From Paraspadella gotoi (taxonomy: Eukaryota > Animalia > Chaetognatha), in the NCBI GenBank assembly GCA_051294375.1, contig CM119265.1:7636629-7700628 (forward strand): 64,000 nucleotides of DNA, read 5' to 3'. The translations under genes were made by a program, and so were the position numbers. Below the pieces are notes generated by a model, which ran no database searches, was not told where the DNA came from, and worked only from the letters and a program-made list of their open reading frames with translations. Shown piece after piece: positions 13,001 through 34,600 of the stretch; position 1 is the stretch's first letter, and each line of letters starts with the position of its first letter.

Positions 13001-14614
13001 ATTTTTTTAAAGTTATTTCCCTTGGCAACTTTTCAAGCGATCGATCAATTTTTCAAAACTGTCTTTACGAAAAAAGAAAAAAAGAAAAAGAAACACAATT
13101 TTTTTTCCATTCATCTCCTTCTCCTCCCTTTCCTCTTTTTTCCTCCCTTTCCTTTTTTCCCCTCCGTTCCTCCGTTTTACGGTTTTGTTTCGTGAGGGTT
13201 TCCTTCCACTTTGGACGTAAAAGAAGAAGAGAAAAAAAAGGAGAGGAAAGTGGAGAGAAGAAAATATTCATAGGGGAATTGGGGAAAGAAAGAAAAGGAA
13301 AAAAAATCAATGTGTTAAAATATAATAATATATATTAAAAAGATTTAAACATATAAAATAATTAAACGCGTCATAGTCAATAATTTTTTTTATACTTAGC
13401 TGATAAATGCACTACAGCGAAGACCGCTGAAACAAAACAAAAAAAGAAAGGAAAAAATTAAGAAAAAAAAAGAAGGAAAAGTCAAACGCGAAAAAGAAAA
13501 CGTTTCGCAGCTCCTAAGCCTCTCTCGCAACGAAGGCAAGCAATCTACCTGCGAAGGCAACTCAAGGGACGAAGCCCAATTTTCGATCGGCATCAACTCA
13601 AGCCCTCGCGTAGCCTTTCCTTGATTGCCGTCGAATTTTGGCGCTTTAGCCTTCGACCAATCAGATCGCTGGTTCGGTTCTCGACGTTCGTAAGGATTTG
13701 TTTGGAAAAATAACGGGAATAGGGAAAGACTCATACACATTGTGTATTACACAATTCTACGAATAAAAGTTAATTTGTAGAATTGTGTACTAGTTTTCTC
13801 TTTTCTGAAATACCCTTTTACTTATTTTCGCTTCGTTTTATTATTTTCTTGACTCTTTTATTTTCCTTTCCTTTCCTTTCCTTTCCTCCCTCACTTTTCT
13901 TTCCTCCCTTTCCTCCCCTCGTTTCCGATCTCCCTTCGTTTTGCTCGTTATCCGAACAATCAGCCTCAACGAGAAGAATCATGCTCGATAATTAAAGAAG
14001 TGCTGCTCTTGTCTTACATCCAACTACGTGAAAAATCTCTCTCTTCTCTGCTCTCTGGTCTCTCTCTTCTCTCTCTCTCTTCTCTCTCTCTTCTCTCTCT
14101 CTCTCTCTCTCTCTCTCCTCTCTTCTCTTCTCTCTGATCTCTTTCTTCTCTTATTTATCTCTCTTTATCTCTTTTTGTTCTCACTCCCTTTGTCTTTTCT
14201 CATTTTTTCTCTATTATTTTATATATAATAATTTTCTTTTTTTTAAAAACTTTTCTGTTCCATATCTTATTTCCATATCTTTTTTATTTCGTGTTTCTTT
14301 TCTCTTTTTTCTTTCTTTCTTTGCTTTTTTTCTTTTCTTCTTTTAACCATCAATTAATATTCATTCTCTTATTTCTCAATATTAAAGCCTCTTTTTTTTT
14401 CTCCGTTACTTTCTCCCCGTACTTCCCTCATTTCTTTCTTCTTTCCTTTTGTGTTATTTTTCTTTCCTTTCCTCCTTTCCTCCTTTCCTCCTTTCCTCCT
14501 TTTTCCTCTCCTCATCTTCTATCATCACGTCATTCTTCATTTTACGTGAATGCAAACGAGGTTCTTCGATGATTCCGCGACTGGCGTGAATGCCACTTAT
14601 CTCGCCCCGGAGCC

Positions 14615-14686
<72 letters not shown>

Positions 14687-14890
14687 AGAGAGAGAGAGAG
14701 ATAAGAAAAAAAAAAAAAAGAGAGAAAGAGAAAAAGATAAAGATTCGCCTAGAAGGGTAATGGAGAAAGTTTCTCTTCGTCCGACCAACGCAATCTTTCA
14801 AATCTCACGCCTGAAACCGACAGACGGACCGACCGACCCGACCGACCGACCGACGAACAGACAACCACCGACAAGACCCGACCGACTCCG

Positions 14891-14924
14891 TTTAAAATTC
14901 CTTCAAAAGTCTGATAAGAGAGAT

Positions 14925-14981
<57 letters not shown>

Positions 14982-15400
14982 CCGCTTTAAAATGTTCTAT
15001 TTAACGACGTAAGAGGCCGAGAATAAGATCCTATTTTTTGCTCAAGAAGATTTCACTCTGCATCCGAAGTTACTATTCCCCAATCCGATAATATCTTGTA
15101 TCAATTTACTTGTTATTTTTTGAATGGATCGAATCGAATTATTATTTGTATATATGTATACGTTTTTTACTTCGTCCTTACACCTTCCTCATCTTTAACC
15201 TCTATTTTTTTTTCCTTTCACTTTCCATCGCAGATTTCTTTTCTTTTTCCTCTCTTCTTCTCTCATCCTCTCTTTTTCCTTTGTCCCAGCCTTTCTTTCT
15301 TCACTTGTCTTCCCAGCCTATTCTTTGCCTTTCTATTACTTCTCTATCCTCACTATCATTCCTTCCTTCTGCAAACTCTCCGTCCTTTTTTCTTTCCCTT
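14891..15400 (-). repeat. Inverted copy of 17370-17895
   Basis: acgacgtaagaggccgagaataagatcc (15004) is the reverse complement of ggatcttattctcggcctcttacgtcgt (17732). The match continues up to the N gap at 15401. Confidence 0.95.
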
Positions 15401-15913
15401 NNNNNNNNNNNNNNNNNNNNNNNNNCCGACCGACAGACCAACCGACCGACAGACCGACCGACCCGTTTAATTCTTCGACGATATTTTTTGATCAAACGTC
15501 ACTGTGAGGCTAAAACCCTTAATTCAGTCGCGACCAACTGTGCAGCGAGGCCTGCGAACGGCTGCTAGATTTTTTCCCCTATTCGCATTTTGAAAAAAAA
15601 TTTTCTGAGCGGTAGGTGGCGCAATTTTACCAACTAAAAACGATAACCGTTAAAAACCGAAAAATTAAAAACAAAAACAAGGAAAAAAATAAACAAATAA
15701 AACAAAAGGCTTTGCCAAGCGTTGAATATTTCGCTTTTGATGGCTCGTTGAGTTTGGAATTATCAAATAGCTCGTTGGATGTAATTTAAATATTAATTAG
15801 AATATTAAACAAAGACGGTTTTGCATCGTCGCTTCTCGCACGCCGCTGGGCGGAACAAAACGACAACGGGTCAAGTCCAAGTTTTCGATCGTTGTATCGC
15901 TCATTGATATGAA

Positions 15914-16059
15914 TGAAAGCTTGCAGGGACCTGCTATGTCATTATCTTGTAAGAGTGATGGAGGCCTTAAACCACCAACGCCTGTCCAAAGTCAGGGGCA
16001 AGATAGCTTATTTATTAAATGAATGGATAATTTTTATATTGGTTGTACCAATTTCATAA
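15914..16059 (+). mobile_element. ~150-bp dispersed repeat, copy A (unclassified SINE/MITE-like relic)
   Basis: tgaaagcttgcag..cctgctat..ttatcttgtaagag..atggagg..tccaaagt.aggg.caagatag..ggataattttt..ggttgtaccaatttcataa is shared with 52549-52695. Confidence 0.65.
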
Positions 16060-16728
16060 AAAAAACATATGAACATTTTCATGAAATAAAAAACAAACGT
16101 TCATTTGCATACTTACAGATTTTTTTATATTGAGGCGGTTACCGATCGGAATTATACTTTATGAAATCTGAATGTTATGTAATTTAAATCGATCAGAATT
16201 ATGCATTCCAGGTTTTTATGAACGATAAAGGAAAAGAGCCGATTTCCAATTCCGTGACGGACGGAGTCAAAGGTTGGCATTAGACATTTTAGTGTTTGAG
16301 AATCAGCCTCTTACAAAAACTTATCTACTGCTCGTGACACTTTGGGATGCCGTTTAATCGACATTGAATGTTAAATCGAGGCACCAAAAATAAGACACAC
16401 GAACCGCAAAGCGAATCTTCAAGATGCCGAGAATCTTTGGCCGATGCGTCGAAAAATGGCATCAAGAGTTTCGATTGTCTATCACCAATCTCTCACTCTC
16501 TCTCCCACTCTCTCTCTCTGAAAAGTTTTAATGATGGTTAATGGTTCGCTCGTCCCAGCGTGATGAGGAACATCAATTTTTTTCGCTTTCTCAATCTTTC
16601 TCCCTCTCTCCCTATCTCGCTCTCTCTCTCTCTATCAATAGAGTGGAACAGAGATTTGGTGTCGTCAGATTTAAAAATAGAATTTTTCTTCTTCTTTTTC
16701 TTTCAGGGTGGGTCGTTTGCGTTTATGG

Positions 16729-23364
<6,636 letters not shown>

Positions 23365-23654
23365 GTAATTTGTCATTTCTATTTCTAATTTCAAAGAAAG
23401 AGAGACAAAGTGAGGAGACCAGAATCTCCAGCTTTTTCAAAGGAGTAATTCAGTCTCCGAATGTACTGGCACTCCATCTTTCCTTTATTCATTCTTTCCA
23501 CTTTTTTTCTTTTTTATATTTACTATTGTTTAAACAAATTAAAAATAATAAAATTATTTTTTTACGTTTTGTAAATTTCGTACAATAATGTTCGATTCCA
23601 TTGTTTTCGTTACTTTTTTTTCTCCCATCCAGCTATTGTTTCTTTTCGTGATAT

Positions 23655-23745
<91 letters not shown>

Positions 23746-24401
23746 CCTCCCTTGTTTTAATTCGTTTTCAATCTATTTTGAAAGGCTTGACCTGAGACCG
23801 CAGCGGCGCAGCTGGAGAGGGAAGGAAACAAACGCGGAAGGCGGCAAAAGGCGGAGCGAGAGGAAAGTAAAAAGGAAAGGTGTGGAGAGAGAAAATGGGA
23901 GAGAGAGGTGCGAGATGAGAAAAAAAGAAGAGGTGGGGCGTTAAAAAGAAAGAAGAGAGGGGTGCGGAAAGAAGGGAAAGGACGGAGAGTTGCAGAGAGG
24001 AAAGGAATGATAGGTGAGGATAGAGAGTAATAGAAAGGCAAGATAGGCTGGAAGCAAGTGAAAGAAAAAAGGCTGGGACAGAAGACAAAAAAGAGAGGAT
24101 GAGAGAGAGGGAAAAAGAAAAAGAAATCTGCGATGGAGAGTGAAAAGGAAAAAAATAGCAGGTAAAAGATTTATGAGGAAAGGTTAAGAACGAAAGTAAA
24201 AAAGTATACATATTATACATAATAATAATTCGATTCGATCCATTAAAAATAACAAGTAATTGATACAAGAAATTATTCGGATTGGGGAAGTTCAACTTCG
24301 GATGCATAGTGAAATCTTGCTTGAGCAAAAAAATAGATCTTATTCTCGGCTCTTACGTCGTTAAATAGAACATTTTAAGCGCGCTCTCTCTCTCTCTCTC
24401 T

Positions 24402-24477
<76 letters not shown>

Positions 24478-25181
24478 CAGACTTTCTGAAGGATTTTTTA
24501 TTGCAGTACCGCGGTTCGGTTTTTCGCCTGTTATTCTGTCTCGTTCTCTCTCTGCTTTTCTTTCGAGCCTATTTTTTTTCCCCTCTCTCCGGACCCCAAC
24601 CTCGTTTTAACCGAGTTCACTTTCCGATGCCATATCTTATTCAATGTCCCCGTTCAGGCGGACGTCGACGGCAGATTTGAATTTTCGAAGGAGAAGAAAA
24701 TGGAGCAATCGGCGTCGGACGGGCGACGGGCCGACGGTTGGCGGGCAAGGGTGTGCGTGGAGTACAAAGGGGGATGTGCGAGCAGGGCGACGGGTAAGGG
24801 TGGTGGCCGGATGACAAGGCGGTGGGCGAGTAGGGCGTGTACAGAGGGTGGCTAGGGCAGGAGTGACGGAAGCTGGCGTCGTCGAGAGTGGCCGGGGGGT
24901 GGGGGAAGATGGGAACGTGGTTAGCAAAGGTCTTGGTGAAACCTCGGTCGAAGATATTCTTTATTCTTTTTTTTCTTTTTTTCTTTTTTGTCTTTCCTGT
25001 TTCTTGCTCTTTTTATTTGTTCCTTCTTCCTCTCTTTTATTCCTTTGTAAAATTTAAAATCGATTTTAGTTCATTCTCTTCTTTTTCTTCTCTTATTTCT
25101 TTCTAATTATTCCCCCTATAATTCTTCCTTACACTTATCCGTCTTCACTTTCCCTATCTCTCTCTCGCTCTATCTCTTCTC

Positions 25182-25243
<62 letters not shown>

Positions 25244-26487
25244 TCTCTCCTCTCTCTCTGGCGCATCTGTTACCATCTCTTCTCCCTCGACCGTGAAGGA
25301 GAGGCCGTCGTAATGATGGGAAGTCGTCGTCTCCGACTTGAGTCTCGCTCTCTGTTTTAGCTTTTCTTTCTTTCTTTCTTTCATTTTTCTCTTTTTTTCT
25401 CTTTCTTTCTTGCTTTTGTTCTCTTTCTTTTTCTCTTTCTTTCTTTTTTTATTTCTTTCATTTTTTAATTTTTTATAAATTAAACCTTCACCTTCAAAGA
25501 ATTTTCTCAAATTCTAACAACTTTTTTTATCCGGCTCATTCGGTTGAATCTCTCCTTCGTTCTGTCTCTCACGAATTTTCTCTCTCTCTTCTCTCTCTCT
25601 CTCTCCTCTGCTCTTCTCTCTCTCTCTCTCTCTCTTCTCTCTCTTCTCTCTCTCTCTTTTATCCTTCTCTTTTCTCCATGGGCCCTCTCGGCTCCCACCC
25701 CCCCTTTTTATCCCATGATTTCTGCCTCGGTCGTTCATCAACCAATGAGCGGACATTACTACCTTTGTCTTCTTCCAATCAAAAAAATTCTCTATGATTA
25801 TTCCTCCCTGCGACGTGATTGGAGAACCTCTTCGCCCTGGGAACCAACGACGGCACATTCGCTGCTCGCGTGAGGGAAATTTGCTTTCTAAATTTCAATC
25901 CAGTACATTTCTGTTGGTTGCTTTGCGATCGATCCTTTCCTCTCTCTCTCTATCTCTGGGTCTCGCTCTGTCACACTCTGTTCTCTCTTTGTCAATCCTC
26001 TGTCTCTCTCTGGTCGCTTCTCTCTTATTTGCTCTCTCTCTCTCACCCTCTCTCTCTCTATACTATCTATTCAAATTCTGTTTATTTATTCTTTGAAATT
26101 ATCGTAAAAGAAACTAAAAAACTATGCTTAAATGCAATTACTCGTAAATATGCCTGTTTCTCGGAATTTTTTCCCCCCAATTTGTGGGTAGCCTTCTTAT
26201 TTGTTTTGAACGCTGATCATTTGTTTTTTGTGACTTCCGCGCCGGGCAGCCGTTAGCCGTTCGCCGACGCGCGGCCCCCCACAGCGCCGCTGTCGCCCTA
26301 TTAATCGGAAGTTTTTTGCATCGAAATCAGTTGCCAGCATCTTTTAGTCTGGTAGTCAGGACTGTCTTCCAATGTACAGCTGCTCTGTTCTTCTAGTTGT
26401 TAGGCGAATGATGGGAGGAAAATATGTTGGTTTTGAGGGTTAACTTTTAATTTTGAAGAAGATATATTTGATCTGACAGAGAGAGAG

Positions 26488-26523
<36 letters not shown>

Positions 26524-28627
26524 GAGAGAAGAGAGAGATAGAGAGTGTGTGAGTGAGAGATGACGAGAGAGAGACACGAGAGAGAGAGAGAGAGAGAAAG
26601 AGATAGAGGAAAGAGAGAGTGACTGCGGAAAGGAACGAGACAAGCGGAAAAGAAAAACAATCAAGGATGAAGGGACAAGCAAGCAGACGACAATGACGCG
26701 ACAACGACGACGCGATAGTGACAAGATGACAACGAGAGATAAAGTGACCAAAAGGAAAAAAAATCAATGACAGCGATGATGGCGACCGGAAATAAAAAAA
26801 AACACCTGAGACGATAATAGAACGGACGACGACACGACGACGACCGAGCGGAGATATAAAAAAAGAACTTTCCGATGCGTGATGACAACTACGATAGCAC
26901 AAGATGGGTCAGGGACCACGAAATGGACGACGACGATGACGACGACGACGACGACGATGAATGACGACGATGACGAATCCCGCGCAAAATCGCTTGATCC
27001 TATTTCGGTGGGAACGCGTTACTTTCGGCGCCGTCGTCTCGTCGCCCGTTCGCGCTCCACTTTCCGGTCGCGTTCTGTTTCAAGTGCGTTCGCGCCGACC
27101 TGCGTTGATGTCATGATAAGCGTCATTTGTATTGTCCTCTGCGGCGGCGCGGCGGCGGCGGCGGCGGCCGGCGGGACGGCGGGCGGGGGCGGCGGCGGCA
27201 CGGTTTTTTGCGGAGCGGTGGCGCAGCAGTAATGGAAAAACCATTTCGGGAATATCGGAGATTCAAGACAAATAAACAAAACGCAAAGTGCGAAGAAAAA
27301 ATTGAAGATAGAGAGAGATAATATATATAAAATAAATATAATGTGTATATTATCTTTCTATACATACCGATATCAATAGAGGATCTTTTCGAAATAGGCT
27401 TGACCTAGTTGTTTATCTCAACGTTGTTCTTGCCTTAGTAGACGTACTTAAGTATTAGTACTCATAGTCTGATAGTATTGCTACAAAAGACAAAGGAGAG
27501 AGAGGAGAGAGACACGAGAGTGAGAGATGAGAGAGAGAGAGACGAGAAGGATTTGAGCAGGAGGCGGTTCTCAATGAGAGGCGAAAGCAGTTAATCGCGA
27601 TGAGAATGAGGCGCTGGCTCAATGCATCCTTCGTAGGATTGCTTTTCTAGGTCCTGATCAACATCTCCATATTGTAGAGAGAGAGAGAGAGGAATGCCTC
27701 GGAGAGGAGAGAGAGAGATGAGAGAAGGACGATAGGTAAATCTGAAAAGAGATGAAAGATCAAGGTTAAAAATTTTCGCTTCGAGTGTTTCTTTTTCATT
27801 TTTCGATCAAATTCTGTCTCATATTTTTTTTATTTCCTTCGTTCACATTTTCTAAAAATAAACTTTCGCTCGGACGAAATCACATCTTTCTTTTTTGGAA
27901 AATTCAACTCATTGTCCCGAATTTTACGAGCGGATACTATATATTCCTCCGGGGGTCTCGGCGGAACCGCGTTTCCGCTAGTGTCCAAAAATTCCAAAAA
28001 AATCTACCCGCGCCTCCTCCACGCCCCATTTTCTCACGGCTTCCCCTTTCCATCCGGTCTTTAATTTTCCGACGAATAAAAACCCGAGGACTATACATTT
28101 GTTTTTCGCGTGAGTTGAAACTTTGCGAAAGAATCTGTTTATTAACATTCCACTTTTCCGCCGAGAAAAAAAGATACTTAAAATTGGGTTTTTATTTCTT
28201 TTCTTTTTTTTTTTTTCGTTCTGAACCTGTTTTTTTTTCGATGGGTCGCACGGACTTACGACCAAGGGCGAAGGCGAAGGGTCGATGTTTCATTTCACCT
28301 CCTTTTCTAAAATCTTGCCTTTTTCCTTTTCTATTTTTTCTGTTTTTTTATCATACTCTTCTTATTTTATATCTTTCTTTCCCGTCTTTTCTCAAGTCAG
28401 TCTTAGTCTCTTCCTTTCCTTTCCCTGCTTCCTTGCTTTCCAACTCGCTTTTTTATTTGCTTTTTACTTTCTGCCTTTTTTTTTTACGGGCATCCGTTCC
28501 ATTCGCACCTCCCCAACATTTTTGACTTTGCTTCACTTTTATCCGCTCTATTAAATCCTCTTGCCTACAGCGATCGTGCGAGAGAGATGAGAGAGAGTAG
28601 AGAGGAGAGAGAGAGAGAGAGAGAGAT

Positions 28628-28658
<31 letters not shown>

Positions 28659-28769
28659 AGAGCGAAATTGAAAAAGTTAGAGTGAGACCAGAAGGAGTTT
28701 TAAAGATTTTTGAGTCCCTTTTAAAAGAAATTACTTTCTCTCTTCTCTCTCTCTCTCTCCCCTCTCTCT

Positions 28770-28853
<84 letters not shown>

Positions 28854-30097
28854 CGGTTTTTTTTCTCAGGAAATCGCGGCTTTAAAAGCGGGATTTCGTC
28901 TATGTCAGCTGCAAGCTTCGCCTGAGGTTTTTCGGCCGAAATTTTTTTTTTCTAGTAAATCCATTCTGGAGAGAAAATAAAAACAGAGAGGAATAGAGAG
29001 GGCGTGAGTTATGCGAAAAGACGGGCGCGCGTTGCGTTTCACTTTTACTCTCACTCACTCTATTCTCTCTCTATCACTCTGGCATTTGGCGCGGCCTCGT
29101 CTCCAGTCATGAATTATGAAAAGCGTCGTGACAATTTTGTTTGGATCTTATTATCATGGAATAATGGAATGTTGTTCTTCTTCGTCTTTCCTTGTTTTGA
29201 TTCGACGGGATGATGGATTCCGCGTCCTTTTTATTTTTTTTTTTTCTCCAAGGCGCCGCTTTTCCCTTTTTCATTTCCAGGCAGGTCCATTTTTTCTTTT
29301 TCACTTTCCTTTTTTCTTTCCAGCCAGGTCCTTTTTTTTTTCTCTTTTACTTTTTCTTTCCAGCCATATCATTTTTCTTTCTCTTTATCTTTCTCCTTTC
29401 AATTCCTTTTTGCGCTTTTTTTTCGCTTTTTTTTAAAAATGTTAGCCTATCGTTATTTCTTTTTTTTTATTTTTCTCTTTTTCTTTTTATGTTTTTCTTT
29501 CTCTTTTGCGCTTTTTTCGCATTTTTAAATCGTTAGCCTTATCGTTGATTCTTTTTTTTTTTTAATTTTTTTCCCTCACCTGTATTTTTTATTTGATTTT
29601 CTCCCAGACTTTTGCTTTACTATTCTTTTGCGCTTTCTATATCTTTTGCTTTCACAAACACAAACAGAACCTCCAATTGCACTTGTTACTGTCGTTCAGG
29701 CCTACCCACTCTTAGCTCGCTCCAGTCATCTCTCCCATTATTCTCCTCACTACAGCCAAGCCTCTTTCACTCCTCAGCTCCTCTTTTTGGCGCCGCAGAC
29801 ACTCGACCCCCCACAAATCTCTTCCGGCGACTCGGTTTGGGCCTCCCGCAGAGTTGGACCTCGTCTCTTTAAAAAAAATTTTATTTGAAGGATTCGGCGT
29901 CGTTTGGGGTGTTGAGGGCGAAAAAGGAGGGGAGGTGGAAGTGGGAGTGGAAAAAAAGGGGAAAATAGTCGACCGAGCCAGAGAAAAAAAAAACAATCTT
30001 TTCTGAAGCTTTTCGAAAAATAAGTTGGTGTTGTTTGTATTCGTCCTTGTATTTTCGTTTTTGCTTTATCGTTTCGGTTATTATTCTTTACTATTTC
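23365..30097 (+). repeat. 6.6-kb direct duplication, copy 2 (indel-rich, probably an assembly artefact)
   Basis: It restarts at gtaatttgtcatttctatttctaatttcaaagaaag and differs from copy 1 mostly by scattered single-base indels. It fills positions that are N in copy 1. Confidence 0.95.
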
Positions 30098-30326
30098 CCC
30101 CCCCCTTTGTCCCCTCTCTTCCCCCCCTACATTTTTTCCGGATCTTTCCGCGTTTATCTCCTTTATTCCGTCGGTTAACATTTCTTCTCTTTTTATCCCC
30201 GTTTGTTCTTATTTATTGCCGCTCGACGTCTTTTGTTGATTTTTTTTTTTCGTACTCCGGGATGATGAGGAAAGAGAAGAGAGGAGAGAGAGAGGATAGA
30301 GAGAGAGAGAGAGGAGAGAGAGAGAA

Positions 30327-30362
<36 letters not shown>

Positions 30363-31504
30363 GAGGAGAGGTGAGAAGAGAGAATGAGGAGAGAGAGAGA
30401 CGGAGNNNNNNNNNNNNNNNNNNNNNNNNNGGAGCGTAAGATGGCTCTGGTCTCGCGGTTCGCCAGGGTTAATGCGGCCAATTCTCTCTCCAAAAACCGA
30501 GACGCCGTAAAATGTCCGCGCGAGCGCCATCTTTGTGCTACTTTTTCTTTTTCTTTTTTTTTTTGGTTCTTGTTGAAGTCGGCGTAATTTCCTAGTGAAA
30601 AGAATGTTGTTTCGTCAGCGATTATATTCGAGTAGGAAAACTGAAAAGCAAAAAGAAAAAAAAAAGAAAAAAGTTTTGTGGTTGGGAAATTGTTGAGAGC
30701 AGGAAGAGATAAAGATTCAGTCGCCGATCTTATGGATTAACTGTTAACTAAATAATAAAAAAAAGTAAGCCTTCGAAGTTAAACCGTTTAAATTCGAAAA
30801 ATTTGATTCCGTGAAATAAAACAGTTAGTAGATGAAAGATATTATCGGTGACAACAACTCTTCTATCTTCCACGAGTAAAACTCAAACACAAACAACTCG
30901 TCTATTTTGATCCTCGTCTCCACTCGTCCTTCTCAGTCTTCACCTTCCTTGAATCGACCCCACCTTCCTCCACCACCTCCAAGCTGCCCCCAGCCCTTTC
31001 ACCCGGATGTCATCGCGACGAAATCCGGGCTCAGATTTCATAATTTGGTCATGCACTGGATAAAAAAAGGGGCTTCGGGTTTTTCTCCCTTTCTTCTCTT
31101 CTCGGCTTCCTTCTTCTTCTTCCTCTTCTTTTCTTTCTTATTTTCTTTTTTCCTCCTTTTCTCGTTTTTCTTTTCCTCATCCTTCGCTTCTTCCCATTTT
31201 TTTCATACACCCTTTACTAGTCATTCTTTTTTCTTTTCTTTTTTTCCCCCTTCTCTTCTTTTTATCTTCTTCCTCCTCCTGCTCCATTCTCCTCCTCTTT
31301 CTCTTTCTTTTTCCTCCCTTTCCTCCCTTCCCTCCTTTTCCTCCCTTTCCTCACTTTCCTCCCTTTCGCCTTCTCTCAAGCGTGATGGCCAAACTCGCCC
31401 TGAATGAAAAGAGGGACACCAGAACGAGATTGATTTTTGTTCTCAACTTTTTTATATTTTTTTTCCAGGGAGGAGAAAAAAAAATTCGCTTTTAATCTTG
31501 CAAG

Positions 31505-31652
<148 letters not shown>

Positions 31653-34600
31653 ATCTCTCTCTCTCTTTGTTTAATTATGAACTCCACCTCTTCAACTTTA
31701 CTACCGGAAGTCGTGACGTTAAAAGACGAAGAATAAAAGTCCGAGTTTACAGCGACTGTAAATCGAGTTGCGGCGTTGTTTGGCTTCAGAGGCGGCGGCG
31801 GCGGCGTCCTTCTTCGTGAAGGCTTTAGGCGAAGCTTTAGGACTCGACCGTTTTGTCAGCCTGAGAAGAAAATTGTACTAAAATAGTACAACTTTTTTTA
31901 NNNNNNNNNNNNNNNNNNNNNNNNNCCCCCCCCTGCCACTCACCGTTCTCCACCCCGTCGTCCCCCGCCAGACCGTATCGGATTTCATTCGTTTTCCCTC
32001 TTTCCTATTGTGCTTCCGACTCACCCTTCGCCTTACCATAACCTGACCCACCTTCCGCGGCCCGCCCACCCCTCCTCCCCTACGGGAAACAAAAGGCCAA
32101 AGCAAAGCGATGACGAAACTCGTCAACTCGGAAATTCGGCATCTAATAGAGGTCAGTAGCTCGCATTTTCCGTAACTGCCGCTCCCATCGTCGACTCTCT
32201 GTCTCCATGTAACTTCTGTCTCTCTCTGTTAGGTACTGACCTGACTATAATCATGGATGTTCGTCCGTTGGTACCTGCCCACAGCTATATCGGTCTGACT
32301 GTCCATGTCCAACACCCACAAAAGATCCGTACTGCACAACGCCTACTTCTATTATGGAACAGGATCCTTGTATCTTTTCTTTCTTCTCTTCCATTTCTGT
32401 CTCTCTTCTGCATGTCAGTCTCTCTCTGCTCTCCTCTCTCTCTCGATCCTCACTCTCTCTCCTCCTTCTCTCTTCCTCTCCTTAATCCAACCTCCCATCA
32501 GGCCATCCTCTGTCTCTCCGCTCAAGTTCTACTCTATGAGCTACTTGAACAAATAAAATTGCGGCGACGTCTTGAGCAGGATCGGATTGCCCGAAGATTT
32601 TCGACCATTAACGGAAAAGAAAAAGGCAAAGCTGAGAGAGAGTGACGCAGGCGAGCGAAGTAGAGATGCGACTGACTCGGACCCACACGTATCCGATCGA
32701 CGCGGAGAGGAAGAGAGACGGAAAGAGTAGGTTGAGAGAGAAGAGAGAGAGAGAGAAGTGAGACGAGCTGATTAGAAAGACGATCGAGATGAGAGACGAG
32801 CGAGATGACTGAGAGAGATAGAGAGTGGAGAGAGTGAGAGAAAAGCAGAAGAAGGAGGAGAGAGAGGGAGAGAGAGAGAGAGACGAGAGCAATGGCTATA
32901 CCAGAAGGCCTCGGTATCAGCGCAGCCTCCGGAGCAGCCGCCGCTGCTGCGGCGGGCCCTGGTATCGGCTTACTCCCCGCCTTCGAAACTTTGACTCTCG
33001 CTCGGCTCTTCTTTACTCCTCTTCCTCTTCCTTCTCCCTGATCTCCGGAATCCGCGCGACGCGAGAGATCGATTCCGGATCGGACCGCTGCAGCCGGCAC
33101 AACTTACTCTTCTCTCTCTCTCTTACGCTCCGTCAACGCCGAGGTCTTTTCTCTCTGCTCTTCCGGAGCGGCATGTCGATACATGAGCGTTTCTCTGCGC
33201 CAAGCGGAATCCGGGAGTCTTGTTTCTTCAAGAAATTGTATTTTGAGATAGGCAGGATTTTTCATACGGCGTATTTCAACAATTGAAATGGAACTTTAAA
33301 TAACTATTATTCCTTCTTTCCCCTTCATGCTATAAATAATGAAACACTCTTTATTTATATATATCTTATCTTCTCCTCATAACATAGATCTCACTGACGG
33401 TGAATTTCTTTTATATGTTTATTTTTCCAAAAATCACAATTCAACAACGGTTTTTTAATCAAGACTCAATGACTTTCTTTGATGACACATCCATTCTTTA
33501 TCTACTGAGCTATCCGCCTAATTAATGATGAAACACTAAAACACTTAATTTTCTCTGGTCCAAGAGCAACTTTACGAGATCAAATTGCTACGTAAGATCT
33601 GTGCGTAATTTTAGATATACTACTGCATTTGCCAAAAAAAATTAGGCACGCTATATCATAAAATTTTTTCTTCTCTTTGTTTTTTCACTCCTTTTCTTTA
33701 TTTCTTTCTTTCTCGAACTTTTTTTTCGAACTCTCTCTTTTTCTCTCTTTCTCTCTGACTTTTTCTCTTTCTTCAACGTATTTCTAACCCTCATTATTTT
33801 AGTTCATCCTTTTCCTTTCTTCCTCTCACCTTTTTCCCTACCACAGCCCATACTCTCTATTAAAAAAGTCAGCAAAAATGATATTGATTTCCCTTGGCAT
33901 TTAGAAAAATTGCAGCAGATGATTTCAATTAATCCTAGTCCAGCCCACTTGCTTAGAGCTAAATTTTATTCAATTCTGTTTATAATAATTTTAGCAATAA
34001 TTGGAAAAAGTTGTTTTTTTTTCTAAATTCCCCCGATTAAAATCACTGCCAATAGTATTTTGTTGATTGTTCATTCGCTACTGTAAGAAAGGTTTGTTAT
34101 TTTTATGCCTGCAAGGGTAAATAAGTGAATAAATTTTATTCTTATTGTTAAAGATATTGCCAAATTCATTTTATGGTCAAAACATTTTCGCGGGCAGTCG
34201 TCTCCGCCTACAATTTTCAGAGAGGATTTTTCCATCGTAGTTAGTTTATCGCTTGAAAACTCACAAAAAAAATGTTTGCTCAGAGAGAAACTCTGATATT
34301 TAGGAATTAATTTCGTGTTTCAATAAAAGACTCTATCATTTTATTCGCCGACTGTTCCTTGGAAACTTAAGTTGATCAGTTCGTCCTCTCAGAGGACAAC
34401 GAACGAATCACACCCAACCCGTTCGTCCAGCGGCCGTGCGACAAGTAACAACATACAAGGAAAGTTCTATCGCACATATTGACAGTAAAACTTAAGGGAC
34501 CCAGTGATAAAAATGATATCATACGCGTTAAGGACGGTCCCTATCATCAAAGGAATTTGAATGGGTGATAGTCATTAATTTTTTTGTACGGGAAACAAGT

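Noticed and set aside
31926-33200. ORFs 32253-32645, 32534-33100 and 32825-33286
   Set aside because: They lie in scrambled, microsatellite-derived sequence next to a gap, likely low-quality read fill, with no recognisable motifs.
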